Source: Chthonomonas calidirosea
GTDB taxonomy: Bacteria; Armatimonadota; Fimbriimonadia; Fimbriimonadales; Fimbriimonadaceae
Direction of reading: 5' to 3'
Assembly (NCBI GenBank): GCA_945859975.1
Contig: CAMAPH010000025.1
Coordinates: 1 to 40,858, forward strand
DNA length: 40,858 nt
The position numbers and the translations under genes are program-made. Shown here in pieces: positions 20,080 through 28,929 of the stretch. Below the pieces are notes generated by a model, which was given only the letters and a program-made list of their open reading frames with translations, was not told the origin of the DNA and did not search any database. Numbering within the stretch: the first letter of the stretch is position 1; every line of letters begins with the position of its first letter.

Positions 20080-20232
20080 ATGAAGCGATTTCTTTCGATG
20101 GCTATCGCTTCGCTCCTTCTGGTCGTGCTCGTGGCCTGCGATAAAGCAGCACCAGCACCTCCAGAAGCCAGCAAGTCCCCAGACACGACGGTCCGCGGCG
20201 GCAAAGAAGCTCCACCTCGACCGAAGAACTGA
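20080..20232 (+). CDS. Small lipoprotein (50 aa), not in ORF track
   Basis: MKRFLSMAIASLLLVVLVACDKAAPAPPEASKSPDTTVRGGKEAPPRPKN; lipobox LVAC; lies between the prepilin gene and a terminator. Confidence 0.75.
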   Translation: MKRFLSMAIASLLLVVLVACDKAAPAPPEASKSPDTTVRGGKEAPPRPKN

Positions 20233-20236
20233 AAAC

Positions 20237-20274
20237 AAAAAAGCCCTTGCTCAAATGAGAGCAGGGGCTTTTTT
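20237..20274. terminator. Bidirectional rho-independent terminator
   Basis: AAAAAAGCCCTTGCTC-loop-GAGCAGGGGCTTTTTT between convergent genes. Confidence 0.9.
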
Positions 20275-20294
20275 GTGCCTGGCGTTAGATTCGG

Positions 20295-21233
20295 TTAGGT
20301 GTTCTCGACCCCGCCGCCAGTGGGCAGAAACTTCTCGAATCCTTTAGGAGGCGCGTACTTCTGCTTCTGGAGGCGATTCCAAATGAGGCTAGCCATCTTG
20401 CGAATCGCCACATCACCCTCGTTTTCGACCACCCAGCGTCGGTCCTTCTGAGAATCGGTGTAGATCGTCACAACATAAGGCACCGGCGCATACACGATGG
20501 CTGTATCGGACCGACTCCGACTAATCGCACCTGACTTACTTGCCACCGCCACTCCCGGCGGAACGCTGGCCCCGATCCAGTCATCCCAATACTGGTGACT
20601 CAAAACGCGCTGCATCTTTTCGCAACCGGCCGGACCCGCCGCCTTGCCTCGATAAACCAGTTCCAATAGTCGTGCCATCTCGTTTGGAGTGGTCATCCCC
20701 ATTCCAAATTGCCTCCCAAGTTTTCGCAGGCGCGTCTCACTTGCCGGAGCGCTCGCGAGCAGAAGCGTGTCCTTTAGCCCAAGCCCAGTAAGAGTCTCGT
20801 TCACCTTAACCGTGCCCAGCCACTCGCGAAGGACCCTTGTGGCCAGGTTGTCGCTCACCGTGATCATCAGGTTCACGTACCCGTCCAGGTCCAGCTTCAT
20901 ATCGTCTTGAAGGTAGTACGACCATTCGCTGACGTCGTACTCGAGGCGTTGCGCTTTGTTCGGTAATGCGCGTTTGTCGGTCCAATTCATCCGCCCAGCT
21001 TCGACCTCGCGAATGGCGTGCAGCGCTACCGCCGTCTTGATCGTGCTGGCCGTAGGGAAGCGCTCATTCCCGCGAAAAGAAATCTGCTCTCCGGTATCCA
21101 GCCGCTTCACGGAGTAACCGATTCGACCATGAAATCCAGCGCAAATCCGATTGAGCTCAACCTGCAACCGGTCAAGGTTAGATGTCGCTGGTGGTTGGAG
21201 AAGCGTAACGGCGAATAGGCACCCGGCTAACAC
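20295..21233 (-). CDS. Class A beta-lactamase-like serine hydrolase
   Basis: FPTASTIK (SxxK), SDN, TTPNEMARLL, KSG; likely GTG start at 21233, 6 nt after TACGAT. Confidence 0.88.
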   Translation of the reverse strand: MLAGCLFAVTLLQPPATSNLDRLQVELNRICAGFHGRIGYSVKRLDTGEQISFRGNERFPTASTIKTAVALHAIREVEAGRMNWTDKRALPNKAQRLEYDVSEWSYYLQDDMKLDLDGYVNLMITVSDNLATRVLREWLGTVKVNETLTGLGLKDTLLLASAPASETRLRKLGRQFGMGMTTPNEMARLLELVYRGKAAGPAGCEKMQRVLSHQYWDDWIGASVPPGVAVASKSGAISRSRSDTAIVYAPVPYVVTIYTDSQKDRRWVVENEGDVAIRKMASLIWNRLQKQKYAPPKGFEKFLPTGGGVENT

Positions 21234-21248
21234 CCCATGATCGTACAT

Positions 21249-21284
21249 AAAAACGCCCCGGTCCGCAATGCGAATCCGAGGCGT
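21249..21284 (-). terminator. Rho-independent terminator
   Basis: Minus strand ACGCCTCGG...CCGGGGCGT followed by a T run. Confidence 0.75.
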
Positions 21285-21302
21285 GGATGGCGGAAGCGAC
21301 GA

Positions 21303-21476
21303 TCAGTCCTTCCAGGTTTTGAACAAAAGCTCCGTCTGGTGTTCCAGAACGCGATTCCACGATTTCAACATTCCAAGGCTTTGAAGCTTCGGGAGCTGAA
21401 AGCTGGTTCGCGAAGCGCGGATCCAGTTGAGCCGAACGAGTCGCAATGGCGACCAGTTTTGTAACGATACGATCAA
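21303..21476 (-). CDS. Small basic Trp-rich protein (57 aa)
   Basis: Perfect SD AAGGAGGT 5 nt before TTG; TGGTACCAT extended -10 upstream (21567-21575); terminator downstream. Confidence 0.5.
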   Translation of the reverse strand: MIVSLQNWSPLRLVRLNWIRASRTSFQLPKLQSLGMLKSWNRVLEHQTELLFKTWKD

Positions 21477-21622
21477 GATTGACCTCCTTTTTCCAAAGGG
21501 CACCGAAGTTGGTGCGGTCTGGACAAATGCATTGTCCGGTTTCGAGGTTCTTCTCTGAACATATTGATGGTACCACAAGGAAACCATGCCCCGGCCTTTA
21601 GTCCCGCGTATACTGTGCGGCG

Positions 21623-22651
21623 ATGCCTGTCCCGTCACCTTCCCAGTTCGGTCAGATTCTTGATGCAGCGCAGAAGGGCGATTATGCTCTCGCGAGCATC
21701 AACGTCACCTCCAGCAACACGATTAACGCGGCGCTGTACGCTTTCGCCGAAACCAAAACCGACGGCATCATCCAGTTCAGCACCGGCGGCGGCGAGCATG
21801 CCAGCGGTCCCGTCAAGAACGGCGCTCTCGGTGCGATCGCGCTCGCCGAGTACGTCCATCGACTCGCCGCTGAGCTAGGCGTCTTCGTTGCTCTCACGAC
21901 CGACCACTGCGTTCCCGGAAAAGTCGAGCCATTCCTGAATCCGCTCCTCGTAGAAGCCGAACGACGACATGCAGCCGGCCTCCCGAACCTGTTTAACGGT
22001 CACATGTTCGATGGCTCGGAGCTGAGCATGAAGGCGAACATCGAAGTCTCCCAGGGCTTGCTCAAGCGAATGGCTCCCCTCGGTATCGTTCTCGAAGTGG
22101 AATCCGGTGTCGTTGGTGGAGAAGAGGATGGCATCGACAACTCCGACGCCGACCACTCCAAGCTCTTTACGACCCCCGAGGACATGCTCATGGTTTACGA
22201 AAACCTGCATGAGCTTGGCCGATTCACCCTCGCGGCCACCTTCGGCAACGTCCACGGCGTGTACAAGCCCGGAAACGTAAAGCTCGAGCCAACCATCCTG
22301 CGCGACGGCCAAGCCGCCGTAATCGCTAAGCATGGTGAAGGCGCAAAGATGGATCTGGTATTCCACGGCGGAAGCGGATCGCTCCTTTCCGAAATCCACG
22401 AGACCCTGAATTACGGCGTCATCAAGATGAACGTCGACACCGACTGCCAGTACACCTTCACCCGCCCGATTGCGGACCACATGATGAAGCACTACGACGG
22501 TGTGCTTCGATTGGACGGAGAAATGGGAGACAAGAAGGTCTACGACCCACGCAGCTATCTGAAGAAAGCTGAGCAAAGCATGAAGCAGCGTGTCATTCAG
22601 GCCGCCGAAGACCTAAAGAGCACCGGAAAGACTCTGTTCGGCCAGATTTAA
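21623..22651 (+). CDS. fbaA: Class II fructose-bisphosphate aldolase
   Basis: TDHC, HMFDGS, EVESGVVGGEEDG, TFGNVHGVYKPGNV, VFHGGSGS, KMNVDTD, YDPR. Confidence 0.96.
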   Translation: MPVPSPSQFGQILDAAQKGDYALASINVTSSNTINAALYAFAETKTDGIIQFSTGGGEHASGPVKNGALGAIALAEYVHRLAAELGVFVALTTDHCVPGKVEPFLNPLLVEAERRHAAGLPNLFNGHMFDGSELSMKANIEVSQGLLKRMAPLGIVLEVESGVVGGEEDGIDNSDADHSKLFTTPEDMLMVYENLHELGRFTLAATFGNVHGVYKPGNVKLEPTILRDGQAAVIAKHGEGAKMDLVFHGGSGSLLSEIHETLNYGVIKMNVDTDCQYTFTRPIADHMMKHYDGVLRLDGEMGDKKVYDPRSYLKKAEQSMKQRVIQAAEDLKSTGKTLFGQI

Positions 22652-22669
22652 ACGGGTTACACTCATCAC

Positions 22670-22864
22670 ATGGAGCTTTTGCAGCCGCTCATCGGAAAGA
22701 AAATCACGATCGTCACCGTTCTTGGCGGCGGTCAGGAAAAACAGGAAGTGGGCACCCTAGAAGCCGCCGCCGGAGACTGGCTGCAACTGCGAAAGGGTGA
22801 GCACGAAGTCCACATTTATCCGCTTTCGCACATTCGGATGATCAAACCGTTCGAACCGTTGTAA
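22670..22864 (+). CDS. Small hypothetical protein (possible Sm/SH3-like beta fold)
   Basis: 64-aa ORF, TACACT 6 nt upstream; pattern LIGKKITIVT..GTLE..DWLQL..IYPLSHIRMI. Confidence 0.65.
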   Translation: MELLQPLIGKKITIVTVLGGGQEKQEVGTLEAAAGDWLQLRKGEHEVHIYPLSHIRMIKPFEPL

Positions 22865-22876
22865 AGTATTTACATT

Positions 22877-23404
22877 ATGGAAAGCGGGCTAGCCTTCTCA
22901 CCTGAGCAATCGGCTCAGGTGATTGCCCTCGCAGCTCGAATGCAGGAAGCGGACGCCGAGAAAATTCCGGTCGCTCAGCTTCGGCAGGCCGCATTGGAAG
23001 CAGGCATCGAGGACCGCTACATCGAAGCCGCGATCCAGCAAGTCGGCGACGGTCAGGCGTCGATCGTTGAATCCGAAACGCCGGAGGCTTCCGACAATTC
23101 GCCCTCGACCTTTGGGCTTGTTCTCTTGAACGTTTGCGTGTTGGCGAAATTCGGGATGGATTACCGCCTGACGAGCACTGCTGAGGTTCCGATGGCTGCT
23201 GCTGCGGTGATGCTTCTCGTGAACGGAATCTTGTTGCCTTCCAGAAAGGCCCTTGGCGCGCTCGGAGTAATCGCATGGGGCTGGTCTGCCGGAATCTACT
23301 TGAGCCGCTCGGACGATTTTGGCAGCATCCTGCTTTGCATGGCGATTGGCTATCTGATCTACACGGCCGGAAAAGGACTTTCGCCTTATCGCGAGTCGAA
23401 GTAA
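22877..23404 (+). CDS. Hypothetical membrane protein with N-terminal helical domain
   Basis: Soluble N-terminus (VIALAARMQ..LRQAALEAGI..YIEAAI) followed by about 4 TM segments. Confidence 0.7.
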   Translation: MESGLAFSPEQSAQVIALAARMQEADAEKIPVAQLRQAALEAGIEDRYIEAAIQQVGDGQASIVESETPEASDNSPSTFGLVLLNVCVLAKFGMDYRLTSTAEVPMAAAAVMLLVNGILLPSRKALGALGVIAWGWSAGIYLSRSDDFGSILLCMAIGYLIYTAGKGLSPYRESK

Positions 23405-23471
23405 CACCTAGCACCTCTTCGCAAGCAGATACTAAGAACTTCCGTAACCGGAGAACAGGGAGCCGAGTAGA

Positions 23472-24029
23472 TTGAACGAGTTCAGACCACTCAACAATGA
23501 AGAGCAAGATAGGGTCATGAAGCTGGCGTTGGAATACCAGCGGCAAGAACTCGAGCTCCGAGACCTTCGCGATCTTCAGGCCATCGGCGAGCAAATCGGG
23601 GTCAAACCCGAACACGTTGAGCGAGCCTACGCCGCCGTCCTGACAAACACCGATCCCCTTCCTCAGGTGAAGACGCGCTTTCGGCCTGATGTTCGCATAA
23701 CAGACGTCGCGATGACGACACTCAACATCGTCATTGCGGCTCTCATGGCATCCAGTTACGCCGCAGTGAACGGTGCGGAACCGGTCTACATTGGTCTCGC
23801 GGTAGTTGCGGTCACAAGCTCCGTCATTCGATCGCGTTGGGTAAGCGCACTCATCGCCATCGCTTGGACCATTGGCCTCGCTTTCACTCTGCCGCGCGGA
23901 ATTGCGGCAGAAATCGCCTACCAACCGATCGTGGCCTTCGCAACCATCCTCTTCTTCACATCGCTGGGGATGCGGGACCTCGGCGACCGGTCCAGGCAAT
24001 GGCTCGCACGACATCAGCGAACTCGATAA
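23472..24029 (+). CDS. Hypothetical membrane protein, similar architecture to the upstream gene
   Basis: VMKLALEYQ..LQAIGEQIGV..HVERAY followed by about 4 TM segments. Confidence 0.7.
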   Translation: MNEFRPLNNEEQDRVMKLALEYQRQELELRDLRDLQAIGEQIGVKPEHVERAYAAVLTNTDPLPQVKTRFRPDVRITDVAMTTLNIVIAALMASSYAAVNGAEPVYIGLAVVAVTSSVIRSRWVSALIAIAWTIGLAFTLPRGIAAEIAYQPIVAFATILFFTSLGMRDLGDRSRQWLARHQRTR

Positions 24030-24062
24030 CTCCAATCGATCCGGCGGTCGGTAGAATCAGCC

Positions 24063-24815
24063 GTGCGCATCCTCATCACCAACGACGATGGAATCCACGC
24101 TCCCGGCCTAAAATCCATCGCTTCGGTGGCCGCCGAGTTTGGAGAAGTCATCATCGTCGCCCCCGACCGCGAGCGCAGCGCCTGCGCCCACGCGATGACC
24201 ATGCGCGAGCCGCTTCGCGTGAACGAAGTCAAGTACCAAGCCGCCCCCGTGAAGGCATTTGAAGTCAACGGCCTCCCGGTCGACTGCGTCAACGTCGGCT
24301 TAACTATCGGCTGGCCCGATGGCTGCGATCTCGTCCTCAGCGGCATCAACAACGGCCCTAACCTAGGCTTCGACGTCACCTACAGCGGCACCGTCGCCGG
24401 AGCCATGGAAGGCACCATCAACGGCATCCGCAGCATTGCTATCTCAATGGCGATCCTGAAATCCTCCGAAACGATCAACTACGACCTCGGCGCCGACTGG
24501 CTCCGCGAAAACTGGGACGACCTGACCCACGCGGAACTGCCGCCCCTGGTCTTCTTGAACGTCAATGTGCCGAATCATCCCGCCAAAGGCACGCGCTACG
24601 TAGGTATGGGCCAACGCGTCTACAAAGATCGCGTGGAGATGCGAGAAGACCCCTGGGGACGCCCTTACTACTGGCAAGGCGGCGTCGCCGTTCTTGAGGG
24701 AGCCGCGCCTGGAACCGACATCCACGCCGTTAAAGAAGGGTACGCGTCCGTCACCCCGGTAAGCCTGGACTGGACCGATCATGCCGTTCTAAAGCGATTG
24801 CAGAAATCTGCATAA
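24063..24815 (+). CDS. surE: 5'/3'-nucleotidase SurE
   Basis: MRILITNDDGIHAPG, SGINNGPNLG, YSGTVAGAMEG, SVTPV. Confidence 0.96.
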   Translation: MRILITNDDGIHAPGLKSIASVAAEFGEVIIVAPDRERSACAHAMTMREPLRVNEVKYQAAPVKAFEVNGLPVDCVNVGLTIGWPDGCDLVLSGINNGPNLGFDVTYSGTVAGAMEGTINGIRSIAISMAILKSSETINYDLGADWLRENWDDLTHAELPPLVFLNVNVPNHPAKGTRYVGMGQRVYKDRVEMREDPWGRPYYWQGGVAVLEGAAPGTDIHAVKEGYASVTPVSLDWTDHAVLKRLQKSA

Positions 24816-24839
24816 TTGCCATCGTCTATAATCGGTGTG

Positions 24840-25283
24840 ATGTTTGACGCGCAAGAAAAGATTGATGAACTCGCTTCACTTATGAACGAGTTCGGTCTTG
24901 CCGAGGCAAGTATTTCCGAGGGCGATTTTCATCTTCGCTTCGCTCGCAAACGGAAAGCGACCGCCGTCAGCACCGTCGAAGCCTCGTCAGACTTCGAGCC
25001 AGAAGCCGCATTCGTTCCTGCGCAGGCCATCGAACCGCCAAAGCCGCTCGGAACGCCCGTGACGAGCCCGATGAACGGAATTTTCTACAACGCCCCAAGC
25101 CCTGGCTCGCCTGCATTCGTTAAAGTCGGCGATCAAGTCACCGCTGGCCAAATCATCGGTCTCATCGAAGCCATGAAGGTCTTTAATGAGATCCCTTGCC
25201 CAATCAGCGGCACGGTTCTCTCGATCAATGTTGAGCCGAGCGCCGTCGTTCAGCCCGGCGACGCAATATTGCACATCGGTTAG
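24840..25283 (+). CDS. accB: Acetyl-CoA carboxylase biotin carboxyl carrier protein
   Basis: SPMNGIFY, IEAMKVFNEI biotinylation motif. Confidence 0.95.
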   Translation: MFDAQEKIDELASLMNEFGLAEASISEGDFHLRFARKRKATAVSTVEASSDFEPEAAFVPAQAIEPPKPLGTPVTSPMNGIFYNAPSPGSPAFVKVGDQVTAGQIIGLIEAMKVFNEIPCPISGTVLSINVEPSAVVQPGDAILHIG

Positions 25284-25300
25284 GTTCCATAATCTGCCCC

Positions 25301-26584
25301 GTGAGCGAGAAGTTGTTGCGGGTTGCGTTGTTGGGTTACGGAACGGTTGGAGCGGGCACTTACCGCATGCTCCAGGAAAACCGCATTGCCATCACCGAGA
25401 AAATTGGCTTCTCCGTCGAAATCACCCGCATCGGAATCAAAGACCCGTCGAAGGAACGTGACCTTCCGGCGTCCATGTTCACCACCGACCTCGATTCGAT
25501 CGTCGCGGACCCGAATGTAGACGTCGTCATCGAACTCATTGGCGGCATCGAGCCTGCGGCGCAACTCGTTGAGAATGCCCTCCGCAACGGAAAAAGCGTG
25601 ATCACCGCGAACAAAGAGCTGATGGCCAAGCACGGCAGCCGCTTGGTGCAAATCGCGAAAGACGGCAAGCTCGACCTTCATTACGAAGCCGCCGTCGGCG
25701 GTGGCATCCCGCTCATCCAGCCCCTGAAGCACCAGCTCGCTGGCAACGACGTGCTGAAGATGATGGGCATCCTCAACGGCACCACCAACTACATCCTCAC
25801 CGCCATGCAACAAGAGGGAGCGGATTTTGCCGATGTGCTAGCGGAAGCCCAGGCTAAAGGCTACGCCGAAGCCGATCCGACCAACGACGTCGATGGATTC
25901 GACACCTCCTATAAAATCGCCATCCTCGGCAGCATCGCCTTCGGAAAGCAAGTACCCATGGAAGCGGTGTACCGAGAAGGAATCCGCAAGATCACCAAGC
26001 TGGATATTCAATACGCCGACATGCTTGGCTACCGGATCAAGCTCCTCGGTGTCATTGACGCCATCACCGACGACCGCCTCCGCGCCCGCGTCCACCCAGC
26101 GCTCATCGCAAAAGACCACCCTCTCGCGAGCGTAAACGGCGTCTACAACGCCCTCTGGATCCACGGAGACTTCGTCGGCGACGTCATGTTCTCCGGCCGC
26201 GGTGCTGGCTCTGACCCGACGGCAAGCGCCGTGATCGGTGACTTGATCGACGTTGGCCGCAATCGTGCCGCAAACGGCCCTGGAAGCGCCTTGCCGTACG
26301 GTTTAGGAATGCAGACGGAGCCGATCGACACCCTAGTTGCTCGTTACTATGTCCGACTGAACGTCGTCGACCGCCCGAAAGTCCTCGGCCACATCGCCCT
26401 CGCCTTCGGCGAATTCGACGTCTCCCTTGCCGCGATGGAAATGCGAACGCTCGGCGAAGGGAAGGGAGAGATCGTCTTCCTAACCCACCCTTGCGTCGAA
26501 GCCGACTTCCGAGGCGCCCTCGCCGCCATGGAGCGCGACGCGGTCACCAGCAGCATCGAGACGTGGATTCGCGTCGAGGGCTGA
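25301..26584 (+). CDS. hom: Homoserine dehydrogenase with C-terminal ACT domain
   Basis: GYGTVG, TANK, YEAAVGGGIP, GILNGTTNYIL, GYAEADPT, GRGAG. Confidence 0.96.
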   Translation: MSEKLLRVALLGYGTVGAGTYRMLQENRIAITEKIGFSVEITRIGIKDPSKERDLPASMFTTDLDSIVADPNVDVVIELIGGIEPAAQLVENALRNGKSVITANKELMAKHGSRLVQIAKDGKLDLHYEAAVGGGIPLIQPLKHQLAGNDVLKMMGILNGTTNYILTAMQQEGADFADVLAEAQAKGYAEADPTNDVDGFDTSYKIAILGSIAFGKQVPMEAVYREGIRKITKLDIQYADMLGYRIKLLGVIDAITDDRLRARVHPALIAKDHPLASVNGVYNALWIHGDFVGDVMFSGRGAGSDPTASAVIGDLIDVGRNRAANGPGSALPYGLGMQTEPIDTLVARYYVRLNVVDRPKVLGHIALAFGEFDVSLAAMEMRTLGEGKGEIVFLTHPCVEADFRGALAAMERDAVTSSIETWIRVEG

Positions 26585-26633
26585 AGCTTTATGTGAACCA
26601 ACGGCGCGGTCGGTGACTTTACTGTTCAAAGCC

Positions 26634-27080
26634 ATGCAGAACTCCAGCTCCGCCCGATCCGAACGCGTCGTCCACTTCATCGCCCTCCTCATCCAAGTCG
26701 GCCTCTCAACCGCAATTCTGGGCTTCGCTGGAGCCGCAGGCATCGCCTTAGCCAGCAACCAAGACCTCTTCACGTCACTTGAGCAATCGGCCTTGAAAGT
26801 CGCCATTGCCGCCCTCATTAGCGGCCTAACTCTGGCCGTCGTCGGAACGGTCGGGCCAGACTCTGACCTTTGCCCCGGCCGATTTATCAGCGTCCTGAGC
26901 AAGCACATTGCTCGAGACACGATTGCCGTCGTCTTAATTGGCATCATCGTAAGACTCAGCGCTAACCCGATGATCGGTTTCGGAATTCTCACCGCGATCT
27001 GGCTCTTCGAAACCATCGCAATGGCCCTCTGGGTCCGGGACGCCCGAAAGAAGGGCATCTGCACTATCGGCTCGCACTAA
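26634..27080 (+). CDS. Hypothetical membrane protein
   Basis: Several hydrophobic segments; fits between hom and the next gene. Confidence 0.6.
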   Translation: MQNSSSARSERVVHFIALLIQVGLSTAILGFAGAAGIALASNQDLFTSLEQSALKVAIAALISGLTLAVVGTVGPDSDLCPGRFISVLSKHIARDTIAVVLIGIIVRLSANPMIGFGILTAIWLFETIAMALWVRDARKKGICTIGSH

Positions 27081-27108
27081 GAAACCCCGCCCCGAATAGA
27101 CTAGGCTC

Positions 27109-28086
27109 ATGAACATTCTCGTCCTCGGCGGGACCCAGTTTGTGGGCCGACACTTCATTGAGCTTGCGCTTGCAGACGGGCACAACGTCACCCTCGTCCA
27201 TCGCGGAAAGACCAATCCCGGCCTGTTCCCGACCGCGAAGCACATCCTCGCCGACCGACGAGAAAAACTCACCGCCCTCGAAAATCACGAATGGGATGTC
27301 TGCGTAGACGCCAACGCTTATATTCCGCGTGAGGTTGAGCTAAGCACGGAAATTCTCATGTCCCGCGTGGACCGGTACGTTTTCGTTTCAACCGTCAGCG
27401 TTTACGACGGCGCAAAGTCGCCCCAAATCACCGAAACTAGTCCGCTCCTGCCGTCAATTTCTGACACCGAAGAAGTGACCGCGGCAACCTACGGCGGACT
27501 CAAAGTCGCTTGCGAGCAGATCGTTCAAAACACCTTCGGCGCAAACGCGACCATCGTCCGCCCCGGCTACTTGGTCGGTCCATACGATCCCACAAACCGC
27601 TTCCCATACTGGGTCGGCCGATTCGCCTCCGGCGAAGAAGTTCTCCTTCCGAAGGAACGCGATTGCCCGCTCCAAGTGCTTGATGCCCGCGATCTCGCCG
27701 TACTCCTCTTAAAGGCCGCCCACGGCGAGGTACCGGGCATCGTTAACACCACCGGCCCGGCGTCGACGTTTGCCGAAATCACCGACGCAATCCGCGCCGT
27801 TTTCCCGAGCAAAGTCACCGAGATTCCGGAAGCCTGGCTTGCCGAAAAGGAAGTCCGCCCCGGTGCCGAACTCCCGCTGTACTCCGGAACCTCGGCCGAA
27901 GGTCGCGGACTTATGCTCGTCAACACCGACCTCGCGATCGCCAGCGGATTGCCTCATCGGCCACTCGAAGCATCGATCCGCGACACCGCTGCCTGGTTAG
28001 CCGAGGCCCCGAGAACCCTTCGTGGCAATCCGCTTTCTCCCGAGCGGGCGAAAGAGCTGATCGCTGAGTATCAGGGGCAAGCATGA
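27109..28086 (+). CDS. NAD-dependent epimerase/dehydratase (extended SDR)
   Basis: VLGGTQFVG, YGGLK (YxxxK), RPGYLVGP. Confidence 0.9.
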   Translation: MNILVLGGTQFVGRHFIELALADGHNVTLVHRGKTNPGLFPTAKHILADRREKLTALENHEWDVCVDANAYIPREVELSTEILMSRVDRYVFVSTVSVYDGAKSPQITETSPLLPSISDTEEVTAATYGGLKVACEQIVQNTFGANATIVRPGYLVGPYDPTNRFPYWVGRFASGEEVLLPKERDCPLQVLDARDLAVLLLKAAHGEVPGIVNTTGPASTFAEITDAIRAVFPSKVTEIPEAWLAEKEVRPGAELPLYSGTSAEGRGLMLVNTDLAIASGLPHRPLEASIRDTAAWLAEAPRTLRGNPLSPERAKELIAEYQGQA

Positions 28087-28907
28087 AACTCGCCGTCGTG
28101 CAGATGGATGTCGCTTACGGCAACCTGGCCAAGAATCTCAACAAGATCGTCGCCCATCTGGAATCTGAATCAGCGGTCGGAACCGATCTCGTCGTCTTCC
28201 CAGAATGCGCCGCCACCGGCTACGTCGCCAATTCGATTGAAGAAGCCCGAACAGTCGCGATTCCGCCGTCTGGTCTAAAACCGATCGAAGACGCCTGCAA
28301 GCGCCTCGGCATCCATGCCCTCGTCGGCTACGCCGAGCAGCAATCGGAAGCCGTCTACAACACCGCCGATCTCTTCAGCCCCGAGGGCCGCATCTTCTCC
28401 TACCGAAAATCTCACCTCCCGTTCATCGGCATCGATCGCTTCACCGCGCCCGGTAACGAACTGGATATCGTTGAGACCCAGTTCGGCAAAATCGGAATCC
28501 TCATCTGCTACGACCAACGCGCCCCCGAAAACGCGAGAACCCTAGCCCTGAAAGGCGCCGATCTCATCCTCCTTCCCACCAATTGGCCAGAAGGCGCCGA
28601 GATGTCCGCAAACCACATTTCGCGTGCAAGAGCTGCCGAAAACCACGTTTTCTATGCGTGCTGCAACCGTGTCGGAACCGAAAAGGGAACCCGCTTCATC
28701 GGCCAGAGCAAAATTCTGAACCCCTCCGGCAAAACCCTCGCCGAAGCCGGAGACGAAGAAACGACGCTACACGCCGAGTTCGACCTCGCCGAAGCGCGAA
28801 ACAAACGCGTCGTCATCGATGCCGGGCTGTACGAATACGACGTGTTTGCCGACCGAAGACCCGAGCTTTATGAACCCATTACAAAGAAGGAACCGTCAAA
28901 CAAGTGA
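28083..28907 (+). CDS. Carbon-nitrogen hydrolase (nitrilase superfamily)
   Basis: VFPE, YRKSHL, ICYD catalytic triad motifs; DRRPELY. Confidence 0.93.
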   Translation: MKLAVVQMDVAYGNLAKNLNKIVAHLESESAVGTDLVVFPECAATGYVANSIEEARTVAIPPSGLKPIEDACKRLGIHALVGYAEQQSEAVYNTADLFSPEGRIFSYRKSHLPFIGIDRFTAPGNELDIVETQFGKIGILICYDQRAPENARTLALKGADLILLPTNWPEGAEMSANHISRARAAENHVFYACCNRVGTEKGTRFIGQSKILNPSGKTLAEAGDEETTLHAEFDLAEARNKRVVIDAGLYEYDVFADRRPELYEPITKKEPSNK

Positions 28908-28929
28908 ATCAATGGGTAGCCTAACTTCC

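Noticed and set aside
21500..21515. GCACC-N6-GGTGC hairpin resembling the 3' hairpin of a Cas9 tracrRNA
   Set aside because: Too short; no cas genes, anti-repeat or CRISPR array in the window.
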